Position numbers and translations under genes: made by a program. The notes under the pieces were generated by a model. It made no database searches and was not told the origin of the DNA. It saw nothing but the letters and a program-made list of their open reading frames with translations. From contig OZ244152.1 of NCBI GenBank assembly GCA_965216125.1, positions 4,696,578 to 4,760,577 of the forward strand: 64,000 bases of DNA, written 5' to 3'. Source of the DNA: Candidatus Multivorans sp. (GTDB lineage Bacteria; Acidobacteriota; Thermoanaerobaculia; Multivoradales; Multivoraceae). Below are positions 39,813 to 49,668 of the stretch, piece by piece; position 1 is the stretch's first letter; each line of letters begins with the position of its first letter.

Positions 39813-42119
39813 TCACAGGCGAAGGGTGTACTGCGCCTTGACGGCCAGCTTCGAGTCCTGCCGCCGGAAGTCGGCGCCACGCTCGCCGAGCTCCTGCACC
39901 CAGCCCTGGCCGAAGATGAAGAACAGGTCGTTCCCCGGCTCGAGGGTCCAGCGCACCCGGCCTTGAAAACCGAGGTTGCCCGAACGGTTGTCGAACTGGA
40001 TCAGATTCGAGAACGACAGGTTGGGTGAGACCGCATAGTTGATCTGCGCCCTGTGGATCCTCGCGACGAAGTCGCCCTGTGGCAGCCGGGCGAAGGTCTG
40101 ATTCGTGTTGAGGCTGATCGTCAACCGCGGCGGCGCGGAGTACCTCACGCCCACGTTGACGGACTCGGCGCTTCCCGACCAGAAACTGCCGAAACTGATC
40201 CCCAGGCTTCCCTGAAGCCTGCGCTTCTGCGCCGAACTGAAGAAGACCCGCAACGGCGTGAATTCGTACTCGCCCGGCGGGAGAACCACACCCGGCGAGA
40301 TCTCGAACGGCTCGAACAGCCGCTCGTAGGTGGGGTTCACGTCGAACAGGCTGTGCAGCGAGTCCCCCGATTGGAAGTGCCAGTCGACGAGCGTGAAATA
40401 GAGGTCCCGAGTCTCGACCAGTCCGTTGTCGAGCCGGGTGAACTCGGTGAAGAAGATGTCGTGGTACATCTGCTGAATGCCCAGCCACTGGTTCTTGGGC
40501 CGCGGGTTGAAGCTGGCGCCGGCCCGGAACATCCGTACGTTGCGGCGCTGAACGAATCCGAGCACCGGATCGAAGTTCTCCTGGATCTCGCGCCATTGCA
40601 CCTGGGCGTCGAACCGGTCGTTGGGAAACGCGGCCGCGAAGCCGAAGGACGCATCGTTGTCCGAAACCCCCTCGTTGTCGCTCTTGAGACCCCAGGCGTT
40701 GAAGACCAGGTTTCGACCGCTGCCCAGAGCGTCGGAGGTGGCCAAGCGCAGGTCGACACCGACCGTGCTGCTGTCAACCGAAACCGCGGGATTGCCGCCG
40801 GTGACGAGAGCGCCGACGTAGGACTGCTGCCAGAAGTTCTGCCGCACGCGCCCGACGAACAGGCTCTGGTCTTCGGCGAATGAGGTGTCGCGCGTGCCCA
40901 CGTTGAGGACGCCGACTTCGGTTCGGCCCACCCTGCCGGTCAGCTTGACCCCGTAGTCAAGGGGTACCTCCCGTCCTCCCAGCAGACCGATTCGACGGCT
41001 GAAGAACGGGAAGATCTCCGCTCCCGTGTCGGGAATGCCTCCCGGCTGACCGACCCCGGTGGTGGCGAAGTTGAAGACGCCGGCATCCTGCAGGAAGAAC
41101 GACCGCTTCTCGGGAAAGAAGATCGAGAAACGAGTCAGGTTGATCTGGCGCGCGTCCACTTCGGTTTCGCCGAAGTCGGTGTTGAAGGTGGCGGTCAGCT
41201 TGAGATTCGGGGTCGGGTTGTAGAACAGATCCAGTCCCGGCTTGCCGCGCAGGCTGCCGTCGCCGCTGGCGGCACTGTGATCCCAGCGGCCCGCCACGAA
41301 CGGCCGGATATCCAGGCTGAGGCCCTGCTCGAGGCCTTCGAGGCCGGTGATCTCGCCCGCCTCCGAGACCTGGAAGAACTGGGTGTCGAAACGAGCTCCC
41401 GCCCAGCGGACCTCCTCGAACTTGCGCTGGATCTGGCGGCCGATGTTGAAGCCCCAGACCGTGCCCTCCGGCGGGAAGTTCAGACTCTTGAAGGGAATGG
41501 CGAACTCCGCGCTCCAGCCCTGATCCGAGCGCTGCGTCGCGACCGTCCAGATGGCATCCCAATCTTCGTTCGTCTCCCCGTTCGCGAACACCAGGCCGTC
41601 CACCAGAGCGCCGTTCGGGTTCGTCGAGAAGTAGAAGGCGTTGCTCTGATCGCGGAAGGTGTCGAGCAGCAGTTCGATGCTGTCGTCGGGGCCCAGGGAT
41701 GCGTCGCGGGCCATCTGCGAAGCGAGAACCCGGTGCGGCTCGGAGTCATGGCACATCACCCCGATATAGAGGTTGTCCGCGTCGCGAAGCAGCGTGACCT
41801 CCGTACGCTCGCTCGGCTCGGCGCCCTCCGTCGGTATGCGCTGCACCAGGTTGCCGATCTTCGGCGACGATCCCCAGGCCGTCTCGTCGAGGACGCCGTC
41901 GATGAGGATCGGCTCCGTCACGGCTGTCACGACGGCCGTCCGAGTCTGCCGGCCCGAGTCATCCTGGCGGAGAGCGGCGCCCGACGCGGCCGGAGCGACG
42001 AGCGCCTGCAAGCCGTACACCGCCACGACCGCCCACATCCGCCCGCTGGGTACGCCGACCTCCGGTCGGCATCCGGGAACGACCCGGCGCCCGGTCGAAC
42101 CCGTCGCTCCCCCAGACAA
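39813..42119 (-). CDS. CBM9-like + DUF5916 outer-membrane protein
   Basis: IDGVLDE, WSAEFAIPFKSLNF, NTDFGETEVD and FFPEKRSFF. GGAG precedes the TTG at 42119; alternative ATG at 42038. Confidence 0.85.
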   Translation of the reverse strand: MSGGATGSTGRRVVPGCRPEVGVPSGRMWAVVAVYGLQALVAPAASGAALRQDDSGRQTRTAVVTAVTEPILIDGVLDETAWGSSPKIGNLVQRIPTEGAEPSERTEVTLLRDADNLYIGVMCHDSEPHRVLASQMARDASLGPDDSIELLLDTFRDQSNAFYFSTNPNGALVDGLVFANGETNEDWDAIWTVATQRSDQGWSAEFAIPFKSLNFPPEGTVWGFNIGRQIQRKFEEVRWAGARFDTQFFQVSEAGEITGLEGLEQGLSLDIRPFVAGRWDHSAASGDGSLRGKPGLDLFYNPTPNLKLTATFNTDFGETEVDARQINLTRFSIFFPEKRSFFLQDAGVFNFATTGVGQPGGIPDTGAEIFPFFSRRIGLLGGREVPLDYGVKLTGRVGRTEVGVLNVGTRDTSFAEDQSLFVGRVRQNFWQQSYVGALVTGGNPAVSVDSSTVGVDLRLATSDALGSGRNLVFNAWGLKSDNEGVSDNDASFGFAAAFPNDRFDAQVQWREIQENFDPVLGFVQRRNVRMFRAGASFNPRPKNQWLGIQQMYHDIFFTEFTRLDNGLVETRDLYFTLVDWHFQSGDSLHSLFDVNPTYERLFEPFEISPGVVLPPGEYEFTPLRVFFSSAQKRRLQGSLGISFGSFWSGSAESVNVGVRYSAPPRLTISLNTNQTFARLPQGDFVARIHRAQINYAVSPNLSFSNLIQFDNRSGNLGFQGRVRWTLEPGNDLFFIFGQGWVQELGERGADFRRQDSKLAVKAQYTLRL
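42046..42074. repeat. REP-like palindrome, copy 4 (inside the 5' end of a CDS)
   Basis: CTGGGTAC-GCCGACCTCCGGTCGGC-ATCC. Confidence 0.7.
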
Positions 42120-42150
42120 CCCGCTGCTCCGTCTTGGTTTCAGGGTTGCC

Positions 42151-43524
42151 TCAGGGCGACGGCAAGAGCGCGTCCCGGTCCACCCACTCGCCGCGCAGCA
42201 TGACGCGGTCGATCTGGAGGGTGTTCCGGATGTCGGCCAGCGGATCGGCGTTGAGGACGACGAGATCGGCGCTCATGCCGGCCGTGAGCGTGCCGAAGTC
42301 CGCCTCACCGACCGGCGGCACGCGACCGGCGCCGGTGGCCGTGGCCGCGACGAGGGTTTCCATGGGGGTCAGGCCGGCCTCGACGTAGAGCTCGAGTTCA
42401 TGGTGGGTGCCCCAGCCCATCGGCACGTTCGCGGTGCCGCTGTCGGTGCCGAGCGCAACCTTGATGCCGTGGTCATGGAGCGTCTTCACGAAGTCCTGCA
42501 CCTGCCGGAACGAGGCCTTGCGGTCCGCAAAGCCGTCCGAGCCGACGATGGCGGCGCGGGTCTCCTCATCGCTGAAACGCTCCAGAGCCGCCGGGTTCAT
42601 CGCCGCCCGCAGCCCCGGGTCGTCCAGGAGTTCGGGGTGCTCGGCGAAGTGCCAGTTGTTCTGGACGATCGACAGGGTCGGCGCGAAGGCGCAGTCGTTC
42701 TCCAGGCACAGGTCGAGGAATGCCTGGCTGGGCACCGGGTCCTCCATCGGCACGCCGCCGCCCGGCCCGAACGTCCGCACCGTGCTGTGCATGAACTCGT
42801 TCAGACCGACTTCCAGGAGCTGGACGCCGTCCACCTCTTCGTTGATGTGCGCGACCGGGATGAGCCCGTTCTGGATCGACTCGTCGACGATCGCGGCCCG
42901 GATCTCAGGCGGGATCTTGAGGCCGGGTTCCGCGACTTCGTTGATCCACATCTTCGTGAAGTGGATGCCCAGGGCCGCCTGCTCGCGCACCATCGTGCGG
43001 GCCTCCTCCTCCGTCGTCGGCGTGTTCGTGAAGCCCGAGTTGAAGCCGCCCGGGTACGAGAAGCCGAGTCCGGCCGTGTACGCCCGCGGCAGGTCCGGGC
43101 GTCCGGCGTTGGCCTGGAGCATCAGCGTCACCTTCTCCGGGTTGTCCGAGCCGATGCTGCGGGTCGTCGTCACGCCGTAGTAGAGCTGCGACCGGAGCGC
43201 CTGCTCCGTTGCCTCCACCGGACCGCCGTAGTGGGCGTGCAGATCGACGAGCCCGGGGATCACCGTCTTGCCGGCAGCGTCGACGACCTCCGTGCCGTCG
43301 GGTACTTCGACGGCGTTGCTCGGGCCGGCCGCCCGAACGCGGCCGTCGTCGATCAGGATCACGGCATCGGCGACCGGGTCGGCGCCTGTGCCGTCGATGA
43401 GCTGGGCGCCGACGATCGCCAGGTCGGCGGGATCGGCGTCGGGAGTGGCGGCGCCGCCGCAGGCGGCGAGGAGGGCGGCGGTCGCCAAGAGTGCAAGAAC
43501 TGGAGGCGTACTGTTCCGTGCCAT
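42151..43524 (-). CDS. Amidohydrolase family lipoprotein
   Basis: Lipobox LAAC, PGLVDLHAH, LGTDSG and ADLVVLNADPL. Confidence 0.9.
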   Translation of the reverse strand: MARNSTPPVLALLATAALLAACGGAATPDADPADLAIVGAQLIDGTGADPVADAVILIDDGRVRAAGPSNAVEVPDGTEVVDAAGKTVIPGLVDLHAHYGGPVEATEQALRSQLYYGVTTTRSIGSDNPEKVTLMLQANAGRPDLPRAYTAGLGFSYPGGFNSGFTNTPTTEEEARTMVREQAALGIHFTKMWINEVAEPGLKIPPEIRAAIVDESIQNGLIPVAHINEEVDGVQLLEVGLNEFMHSTVRTFGPGGGVPMEDPVPSQAFLDLCLENDCAFAPTLSIVQNNWHFAEHPELLDDPGLRAAMNPAALERFSDEETRAAIVGSDGFADRKASFRQVQDFVKTLHDHGIKVALGTDSGTANVPMGWGTHHELELYVEAGLTPMETLVAATATGAGRVPPVGEADFGTLTAGMSADLVVLNADPLADIRNTLQIDRVMLRGEWVDRDALLPSP

Positions 43525-43833
43525 TGTGCAGAGCATCCTAGCAACGGGGCCGGCAGCGCTTTCGGCTCCTGCCTACCTTATCTCCGGCGGCCGAGTCAGC
43601 CAAGACGAAACCACCGCGACCAGGGCCACGTTCTCCGTGGTCCACTCGGTCGAGGCACCTCCTCACGAGGGCCTGCTTGCCCTCAGCGGCGACTCACCGC
43701 CACGTCCTTCTCGAATAGCCGCCAACGCCTCGACACAAGTCAGCTAGCGCTCGGTCTTCGTCCGGCGCTTCAAGGGCTCCGCTACTCACGTTTCACCCAA
43801 TGCGTCGCCACGGAATGACACGGATCGAGTGCT

Positions 43834-44160
43834 TCAGGAATCGCCAAAGTCGGCGTAGATCGTGACCATGTCTTTGTCGCCGGGTTGATAGCGCGGTCGC
43901 GGCCGGTCCAATGTGTCGTCAAGCACCTCAAGGCCGCGGATGCGGTTCAGCCTCATCATCTTCCAGTAGTTGACCCGTTGACCGGACTGACTTGGCCCGC
44001 TGACCTGGTATACGCGCACCACTTCGTTGCCGCGTTGACTAACGCCGCAAGCGTGAGGTTCTACCCGTCGGTCGCCTCGCGGTTCATAGTAGTCAACCAG
44101 CAGCGCTCTATGCTGTCGGATTGCGTCCATGATCGTTTTCATCCGAGCAGATGGAGGCAT
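43834..44160 (-). CDS. Stand-alone WYL-domain protein
   Basis: AIRQHRALLVDY...RRVEPHACG...VRVYQ...WKMMRLNRI; RBS AGGAG. Confidence 0.75.
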   Translation of the reverse strand: MPPSARMKTIMDAIRQHRALLVDYYEPRGDRRVEPHACGVSQRGNEVVRVYQVSGPSQSGQRVNYWKMMRLNRIRGLEVLDDTLDRPRPRYQPGDKDMVTIYADFGDS

Positions 44161-44544
44161 GGGTGGGGGACTCCTGTTCGCCTTTGGGCCGCCGCCCGAG
44201 TGAGTAGGTCACAACGGCAAGGACCGTGTGCGCAGTGGTATCCACAACTGCGGCAACACGTATTGGCCCTTACAAACGAGAGCCTTCCGGTTGAGAACCA
44301 AGTCCTCTCGAAGCCCCTTGCTGGCGTTTGTGTCGCGCATGAAGACAAGTCCGATCCCGCTGACTCCCGCTCTGCATTGTCGTAGTCGAATGACCGTACA
44401 TTGCGGGAAAGACCAACAGCAACATGTAAACGTGGCCGTTCAAATGAACGGTCCTCGCAGTGTCGAACTGGAACCGACTGCTCTAAACTGGCGATCAAGG
44501 CAAACCTGACAGACGGATGAGCCCGAACGACGACGCCAACCTCG

Positions 44545-44700
44545 GAGCCGATCGAGGAGTTGCTTTCCGCCCAGATCGTGTTGCGCAACAACCGCCGGCC
44601 CGGGGCGGCGATGTGCGCCTCGGGCCTACCGGTGACGAAGACGCTTCAGCAGTTCGACTTCAGCTTCCAACCGAGCATCAAGCGAGAGCAGATTCATGGA
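44545..44700 (+). pseudogene. IstB (IS21 helper ATPase) fragment of a second IS21 type
   Basis: A frame absent from the ORF track reads IEELLSAQIVLRNNRR...LPVTKTLQQFDFSFQPSIKREQI. Confidence 0.78.
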
Positions 44701-44869
44701 CTGGAGCGTCGTAGCACTTCCGCATGATACCAATGGAATTCTGACAACCTTGCTTCGTCGTGTAGCCTTCACTTGACACGCCAATGATCTCATGGTTCGC
44801 CGAGCGGTATCTCCATCTCCACTCGCCCGCGTTGTCTTCGTAGAGCTGAAAGTAGGTGTTGTCTGCCAT
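44678..44869 (-). CDS. YegP/DUF1508 family small protein
   Basis: FQLYEDNAGEWRWRYRSANHEIIGVSSEGY; RBS GGAGG. Confidence 0.9.
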   Translation of the reverse strand: MADNTYFQLYEDNAGEWRWRYRSANHEIIGVSSEGYTTKQGCQNSIGIMRKCYDAPVHESALA

Positions 44870-45130
44870 GCCAGTGTCCTCCAATAGTGGTTTGAGGGCG
44901 CACCCCGTTCAACTACTACGCCCCTGGTTCAACGTGGTGTCTGGAGATTCCCGTAGACGAGCCGCCAGATGGCCGATGTGCTCCAAGCTTCCGGGTGCTG
45001 GCCCTCGCTCTTCCATGTAGTCGCTCTCCTCCGCGGCCTGTGCACGTGCCAAGATCTGGTGTTCGCTGTTTCTCCACGACTTCAGGTTCTGCATCTGGTC
45101 TTTCGCCGCCGCCCACTGCAGGCCAAGCGG

Positions 45131-45361
45131 CTAGCGCCCCCGCCCCGCCCGATACGCCTCAAGGGCTCGATCACTGACGTCTCCCGGATAGCAAAGCGGC
45201 GAAGCGCCGCCAGGCTTGCTGTACGCGCTACGGCGGCCGCAGCGTCTGCCTGCCCTGTCGGTGTTGTAGGGACAGGGGCAACTGCCCGAATACCTGGAGA
45301 TCGACTGTCTGACAAGGATCTGGCGGATCTCGGCGTCTGACGGTCCCGAAGGACGACCAGC
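45131..45361 (-). pseudogene. 3' part of an IS-disrupted secreted Cys-rich protein
   Basis: SDAEIRQILVRQSISRYSGSCPCPY..GRRCGRRSAYSKPGG..PLCY. In frame with 47958-48521 once the IS and one duplication copy are removed. Confidence 0.85.
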
Positions 45362-45653
45362 TGTTGGCGACGATCGGAAAGTGAGCCAATCAGCGATCTG
45401 AAAGTGAGCCACTTCGGCCGTGTTTCGAGTGTACGCGAGTCTGCCCTTTTGGGTCTCCTTCAGTGAGTAGCCGCCGCGGCTGCGGTAGCTGTGGGAAACC
45501 GGTCTGCCGGTTTTCCAAGGTCTGGCGGGAAACGGTCTGCCGTTTTCCGCCGGACCGGCAGATTCCGCAGCCGATCGCATCGGGGCAGGTCGCTCAGCGG
45601 CGGCGGGGAAGGCGACTTGGGGTCGTAGGCTGTCCGTATCTCGCCCTTGAGGC

Positions 45654-46406
45654 TCATGACGCCTTGCTCCGCAGCCGTGTCCGATAGGAGGAGCCCTTGG
45701 TGGCAAGGATGTGGGCGTGGTGGGAGAGGCGGTCGAGCAGAGCGGTGGTCAGCTTCTCGTCGCCGAAGACCCGGACCCATTCGGAGAAGGCGAGGTTGGA
45801 GGTGACGATGGTCGAGCGGCGCTCGTAGCGGTCGGCGAAGACGTTGAAGAGCAACTCGCCGCCGGCGCGGTCGAAGGGCACGAAGCCGAGCTCGTCGCAG
45901 ATCAGGAGATCCACCCGCTGAAGCCGCTGCTGCAGGCGCCCCAGCTCCCGCTGATCGCGGGCTTCGATCAGATCGCGGACGAGATCGGAGGCCTTGCGAA
46001 ACCAGACCCGGTAGCGGCGCTTCGCGGCCTCGATACCGAGGGCGATCGCGAGATGCGTCTTGCCGGTGCCGATGGGTCCGACCAGGACGACGTCATCGCC
46101 GCGGTCGATGTAGTCGCAGCAGGCCAGCTCGCGCAGTTTCGGCTTGGACACTCCCTGTAGCGCCTTGAAGTCGATCTGTTCGAGCGTCTTGTGGTCGGGG
46201 AAGCGGGCCGCTCGCAACCGGCGCTCGACGGTGCGGGCCTCACGATCCCGGATCTCGGCCTCGAGCAGTTGCCACAGGTAGTCCTCGTAGTCCCACTGTG
46301 CGTCCTGGGCCTGACGGGCCCTCTGCTCGTAGTCGCGCAGCACGGAAGGCATCTTGAGCGTCTTGAGGCCCTCGGCGATGACGGCCCTGCGTGCGGCCCG
46401 GCTCAC
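45654..46406 (-). CDS. istB: IS21 helper ATPase
   Basis: ARFPDHKTLE, GPIGTGKTHLA, LLICDELG and LLDRL. The GTG start overlaps the istA stop. Confidence 0.95.
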   Translation of the reverse strand: MSRAARRAVIAEGLKTLKMPSVLRDYEQRARQAQDAQWDYEDYLWQLLEAEIRDREARTVERRLRAARFPDHKTLEQIDFKALQGVSKPKLRELACCDYIDRGDDVVLVGPIGTGKTHLAIALGIEAAKRRYRVWFRKASDLVRDLIEARDQRELGRLQQRLQRVDLLICDELGFVPFDRAGGELLFNVFADRYERRSTIVTSNLAFSEWVRVFGDEKLTTALLDRLSHHAHILATKGSSYRTRLRSKAS

Positions 46407-47845
46407 GATGCCGCCTCCTGAAGCAGCACGTCGAAGTCGGCGGCTCTGGCGCTCTCGACCTCGTGGCGCCGGAGCGGCTCCGGCACCTCGATCACGGCGG
46501 CAGGACGCCGCTCGACGAGCCCCAGCAGGTCGAAGCGGCCGGCGGTCAGGGCCTCCTCCAGTGCGGCGGCGACCTCCTCGCTGCCGTGGTCTGTGACCAC
46601 ACTCAACAGCTTGGCGAAGAGCCGCGCCGTCTCCAGGGCGCCGTGCCGCAACTCCAGCATTCTCCATAGCTTGCGGTACGCAGGACCGAGCTCTGCGAGC
46701 AACTCCGGGGCCACCTGGCGCACCGCCTGAGGCTTCCTGGACAGCTCCTCGAAGTAGTGCGCGTAGCGCACCAGGCGCTGTCCCGGCCGCACAAGGTCGC
46801 AGCGGTACTCCTCGTCGCGGCAGGTGAAGGTGATGTCGCTGGCGCCGACGAGGGCGTGGATATCGAGGCTCTTCCAGCGCGAGGGAACCGAGTAGGTCGC
46901 ACCGCCCAACTGCACCGTCGCCTGGCGCGACGCCCGCACGATCTTGAGCTTCCTTGGCTCGAAGCCGGCCGCCGGCAGCTCTCGCAGTGCCTCCTGCTCC
47001 TCCTCCCACCGGGCGCGCTCACTGTGTGCCGCGTCGACCAAAGCCAGCACCTCGCCTGCGATCTGCTCCAGAGTGCGCCCTTGGGGCACCGGACTCATGT
47101 GCGCCAGGCGGATCCCCTTGCCCCGCGACTCCACACTGCCCTTGTCGTGGCCCTCGCCGGGGCGGGCGAAGCACGGCTCGAACAGATAATGGCTCACCAG
47201 CGCCTGGAATCGAGCCGTCAACTGACGCTCGCCGCCGACCCGGCGACGCACCGCCGCGCTCAGATTATCGTAGACCAGACGCAGCGGCACGCCGCCGAAG
47301 TGAGCGAACGCCCGCACGTGGCCGTCGAGGAATGCCACCTGGTCGCACCGGTCGTACAGCCACACGAACGAACGGCCCGAGTACGGCAGGTGCAGCAGGA
47401 ACTTCCACACTCGGTGCGCCACGCCGTCCTCCTCCACCGTCACCTCGAAGAAGTCCACCTGGCCGCACTCGCCGGCACGGTGCACCAGCGGAATGAACGT
47501 CTCCTGCCGCTGACGCTTCCACTCCCGAACGTAGCTGCGCACCGTCGTGACCCCGACCTCGTAGCCATCCTCCAGCAACTGGCGATGAAGACGCGTTGCC
47601 GTCAGGCGCTGCTTCGCCGTCGTCCGGCGAGACCACCTGCTCAGCAACTCCTCCAGACGCGGCGCCATCCGCTCCGTCACCCAGCGACGCCGGGGCTTGC
47701 TCTCCACCCGCCTCGGCTCGCTCTGATCCAGGTACTTGCGCACCGTGTTGCGGCTCACACCGTGCTCGCGGGCCACCGAGCGCTGGCTCCGACCCTCCCT
47801 CAGCACCTGGTACCGAATAACATGAACCTGATCCATCCTCAGCAA
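46403..47845 (-). CDS. istA: IS21 transposase
   Basis: HTH SRNTVRKYL, GQVDF, YDN, KGSVE (DDE) and YSVP. Confidence 0.95.
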   Translation of the reverse strand: MLRMDQVHVIRYQVLREGRSQRSVAREHGVSRNTVRKYLDQSEPRRVESKPRRRWVTERMAPRLEELLSRWSRRTTAKQRLTATRLHRQLLEDGYEVGVTTVRSYVREWKRQRQETFIPLVHRAGECGQVDFFEVTVEEDGVAHRVWKFLLHLPYSGRSFVWLYDRCDQVAFLDGHVRAFAHFGGVPLRLVYDNLSAAVRRRVGGERQLTARFQALVSHYLFEPCFARPGEGHDKGSVESRGKGIRLAHMSPVPQGRTLEQIAGEVLALVDAAHSERARWEEEQEALRELPAAGFEPRKLKIVRASRQATVQLGGATYSVPSRWKSLDIHALVGASDITFTCRDEEYRCDLVRPGQRLVRYAHYFEELSRKPQAVRQVAPELLAELGPAYRKLWRMLELRHGALETARLFAKLLSVVTDHGSEEVAAALEEALTAGRFDLLGLVERRPAAVIEVPEPLRRHEVESARAADFDVLLQEAAS

Positions 47846-47957
47846 GTCCTTCCTCCGATCGCGTTGGTCTCCTGTACAAGACCAAGCTACCGGCCAAGGG
47901 CCGAGGGTGGATCACTTTCCGAGCGATGAGTGGCTCAGTTTCCGAGCGATGCCTCCA

Positions 47958-48521
47958 ACCAGCCGACGCGCGCGCCGATGAACTGCATGACAAGGCACCG
48001 ATGGCACGAGACGATCCGCTCAGACTGATGCGGTCCGTCACCTCTTCGTCCCGAGCGTTCATTGCCAGGATCCGCACCGTGCGGCGCTGGCCGAGCTTCC
48101 CAATGAGGCTCCCGATCTCCGGAGACGTCGAGGACGCACGCAGGATCCCGTCCGCCTCCTGGAAGCGATAGCGCTCCGTCGAGCCGTCGTCCCACTGGGT
48201 TTCAACGCTCCCGCCGCTGAGCGACGCACCTCCGGGCAATCTCAGGGTCACGACCTGGTCCCTCCCCTGGCAGCCCACAACGAGGTGAACGCGACCGTCC
48301 AGGCCCACGGCCCTCGCAACAGCGTTCCCGGGAGACCTCTCCACGGACCACTGCGCCCCTGCTGGTGAGGCCACGGCTATGAGGACTGCCCCCGCAAGGA
48401 GGATGCCGACACGTCGAACGGCTCTTCTCGAAACGGCAATCTCAGCAGCGTCCGCTGCGGCAACAACTGGAATCCAGCCTTTGCCCATGGGCGATCTGCG
48501 GCTTGGTTGGGGCATTTTCAC
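47958..48521 (-). pseudogene. 5' part of the IS-disrupted secreted protein
   Basis: Signal peptide (ILLAGAVLIAVASPAGAQW), a beta-rich domain ending ISLSGSSRAIGALSC, then a linker cut by IS21. Confidence 0.8.
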
Positions 48522-48548
48522 TATCTCCCGAGCAGTGGTCCGCGGCTC

Positions 48549-48956
48549 CTAGAATCTGAACCGGAGTTGCAGCCCGAGACCGTCAACCTGCCCCCGGCTG
48601 TTCGTAACGGGCATGAGGCCCAACTTGACGGGGTCCCTTCTGAGCATGTCCTCAACCCGAGTCAGCGGTAGACCACTGATTGCGTTAGTTGGCGCGCGGC
48701 GCTTCTTCTTGTACTTGTAGATCAGGTACACGATGCCTCCGACGACAAGGGCCCCAAGAAGGGCGTCGGAATCCACTGAGCCTTCGCTTTCGCCATCCCG
48801 GTGGCAGTGGTAGCCACCATTCACGTTGTCGTTGTGGCACCCAGAGCTATTGAGTCCTCCACCGTGAGGAAACGCCGGAGCACTCAGCAGGGCACCGACC
48901 AGAGCGCACGCCGTCAAGGTAAAAATCCGCGGCTTCGGTAACCGTTCGTCCTTCAT
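48549..48956 (-). CDS. YHYH-domain secreted/membrane protein
   Basis: Signal peptide, HGGGLNSSGCHND..GGYHCH, a hydrophobic segment and C-terminal LQLRFRF. Confidence 0.82.
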   Translation of the reverse strand: MKDERLPKPRIFTLTACALVGALLSAPAFPHGGGLNSSGCHNDNVNGGYHCHRDGESEGSVDSDALLGALVVGGIVYLIYKYKKKRRAPTNAISGLPLTRVEDMLRRDPVKLGLMPVTNSRGQVDGLGLQLRFRF

Positions 48957-49004
48957 ACTGTGTTCCTTTGCTCCAGACTGCTGCCGGCCTCCCGCGTCCA
49001 CCAA

Positions 49005-49336
49005 GATCCGAACCACTCTCGCAACAAGAGCTGACTGCCCATCTCTCTTGAACAGGACGGACTATGGCTCTCCCGAGCAAAGAAGCGCAACGAGTAAACA
49101 CACCCTTGCAAATGAAGGGCATCTCCTGCGCGCCGACGCGAGGCGCAAGGGCCTGCCGTGAACCAGCACGGATCCGAACCACTCTCCCAACAAGAGCTGA
49201 CCTGCCCGTCCTGTGTTTGAGAACAGGAATGCACTATTGCTCTCCCGAGCAAAGAAGCGCAACGGGCAAATACACCCTTGCGAATGAAGGGCATCTCCTG
49301 CGCGCCGACGCGAAGCGCAAGGGCCGGCCGCGAACC
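49005..49336. repeat. 166-bp imperfect tandem duplication
   Basis: Units begin GATCCGAACCACTCTC at 49005 and 49171 and end GAACC at 49164 and 49336. Confidence 0.92.
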
Positions 49337-49351
49337 GCGCCGCGGTCCTTA

Positions 49352-49668
49352 CTACAGCCCGACAGGCCGGCCGCGTACCAGCACGGGCTCTTCTGCCGCC
49401 CCGAGCGAGTCGATCTCGACTTCGGCCATCCAGCGCCGGCCGGCGGTCCAGAACGACAGTTCGTAGGCGTCCGGTGTCACGCAGCCTAAGCCCAAGGTCC
49501 CCCGAGCCGAGAACAGGGGGCCGCCGGTCGCGCCGCCGAGGTGGTCGGCGATCTCGGCATCCGACTCCGTCCTCACGCTCAGCCCGCTTGCGGGCACGAA
49601 CCCTCGGACTGAAGCAGCCGGACCGGCGCCCCGCCGATGGCGGTAATCCGGTCCGGTCCCCACGTCAC
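49352..49668 (-). pseudogene. Frameshifted fragment, possibly the C-terminus of a paralog of the 52264-55452 protein
   Basis: GLSVRTESDAEIADHLGG...GPLFS...TPDAYELSF loosely parallels GVTISTPGGWNLGQL..GAPTFS..PVGAYLVRW. Confidence 0.35.

Larger units (their letters stand above)
45362..47957 (-). mobile_element. IS21-family insertion sequence, complete
   Basis: TG...CA ends, each with two internal binding repeats (CGxTCGGAAAxTGAGCCA-like). 6-bp target duplication ACCAGC at 45356-45361 and 47958-47963. Contains istA and istB. Confidence 0.95.

Noticed and set aside
44139-44591. Cys-rich 150-aa ORF
   Set aside because: No RBS or recognisable family, and its 5' end overlaps the IstB remnant on the other strand.
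43800-49000. Integron cassette array of small genes
   Set aside because: I could not find paired RYYYAAC/GTTRRRY attC sites between the genes, and there is no intI.
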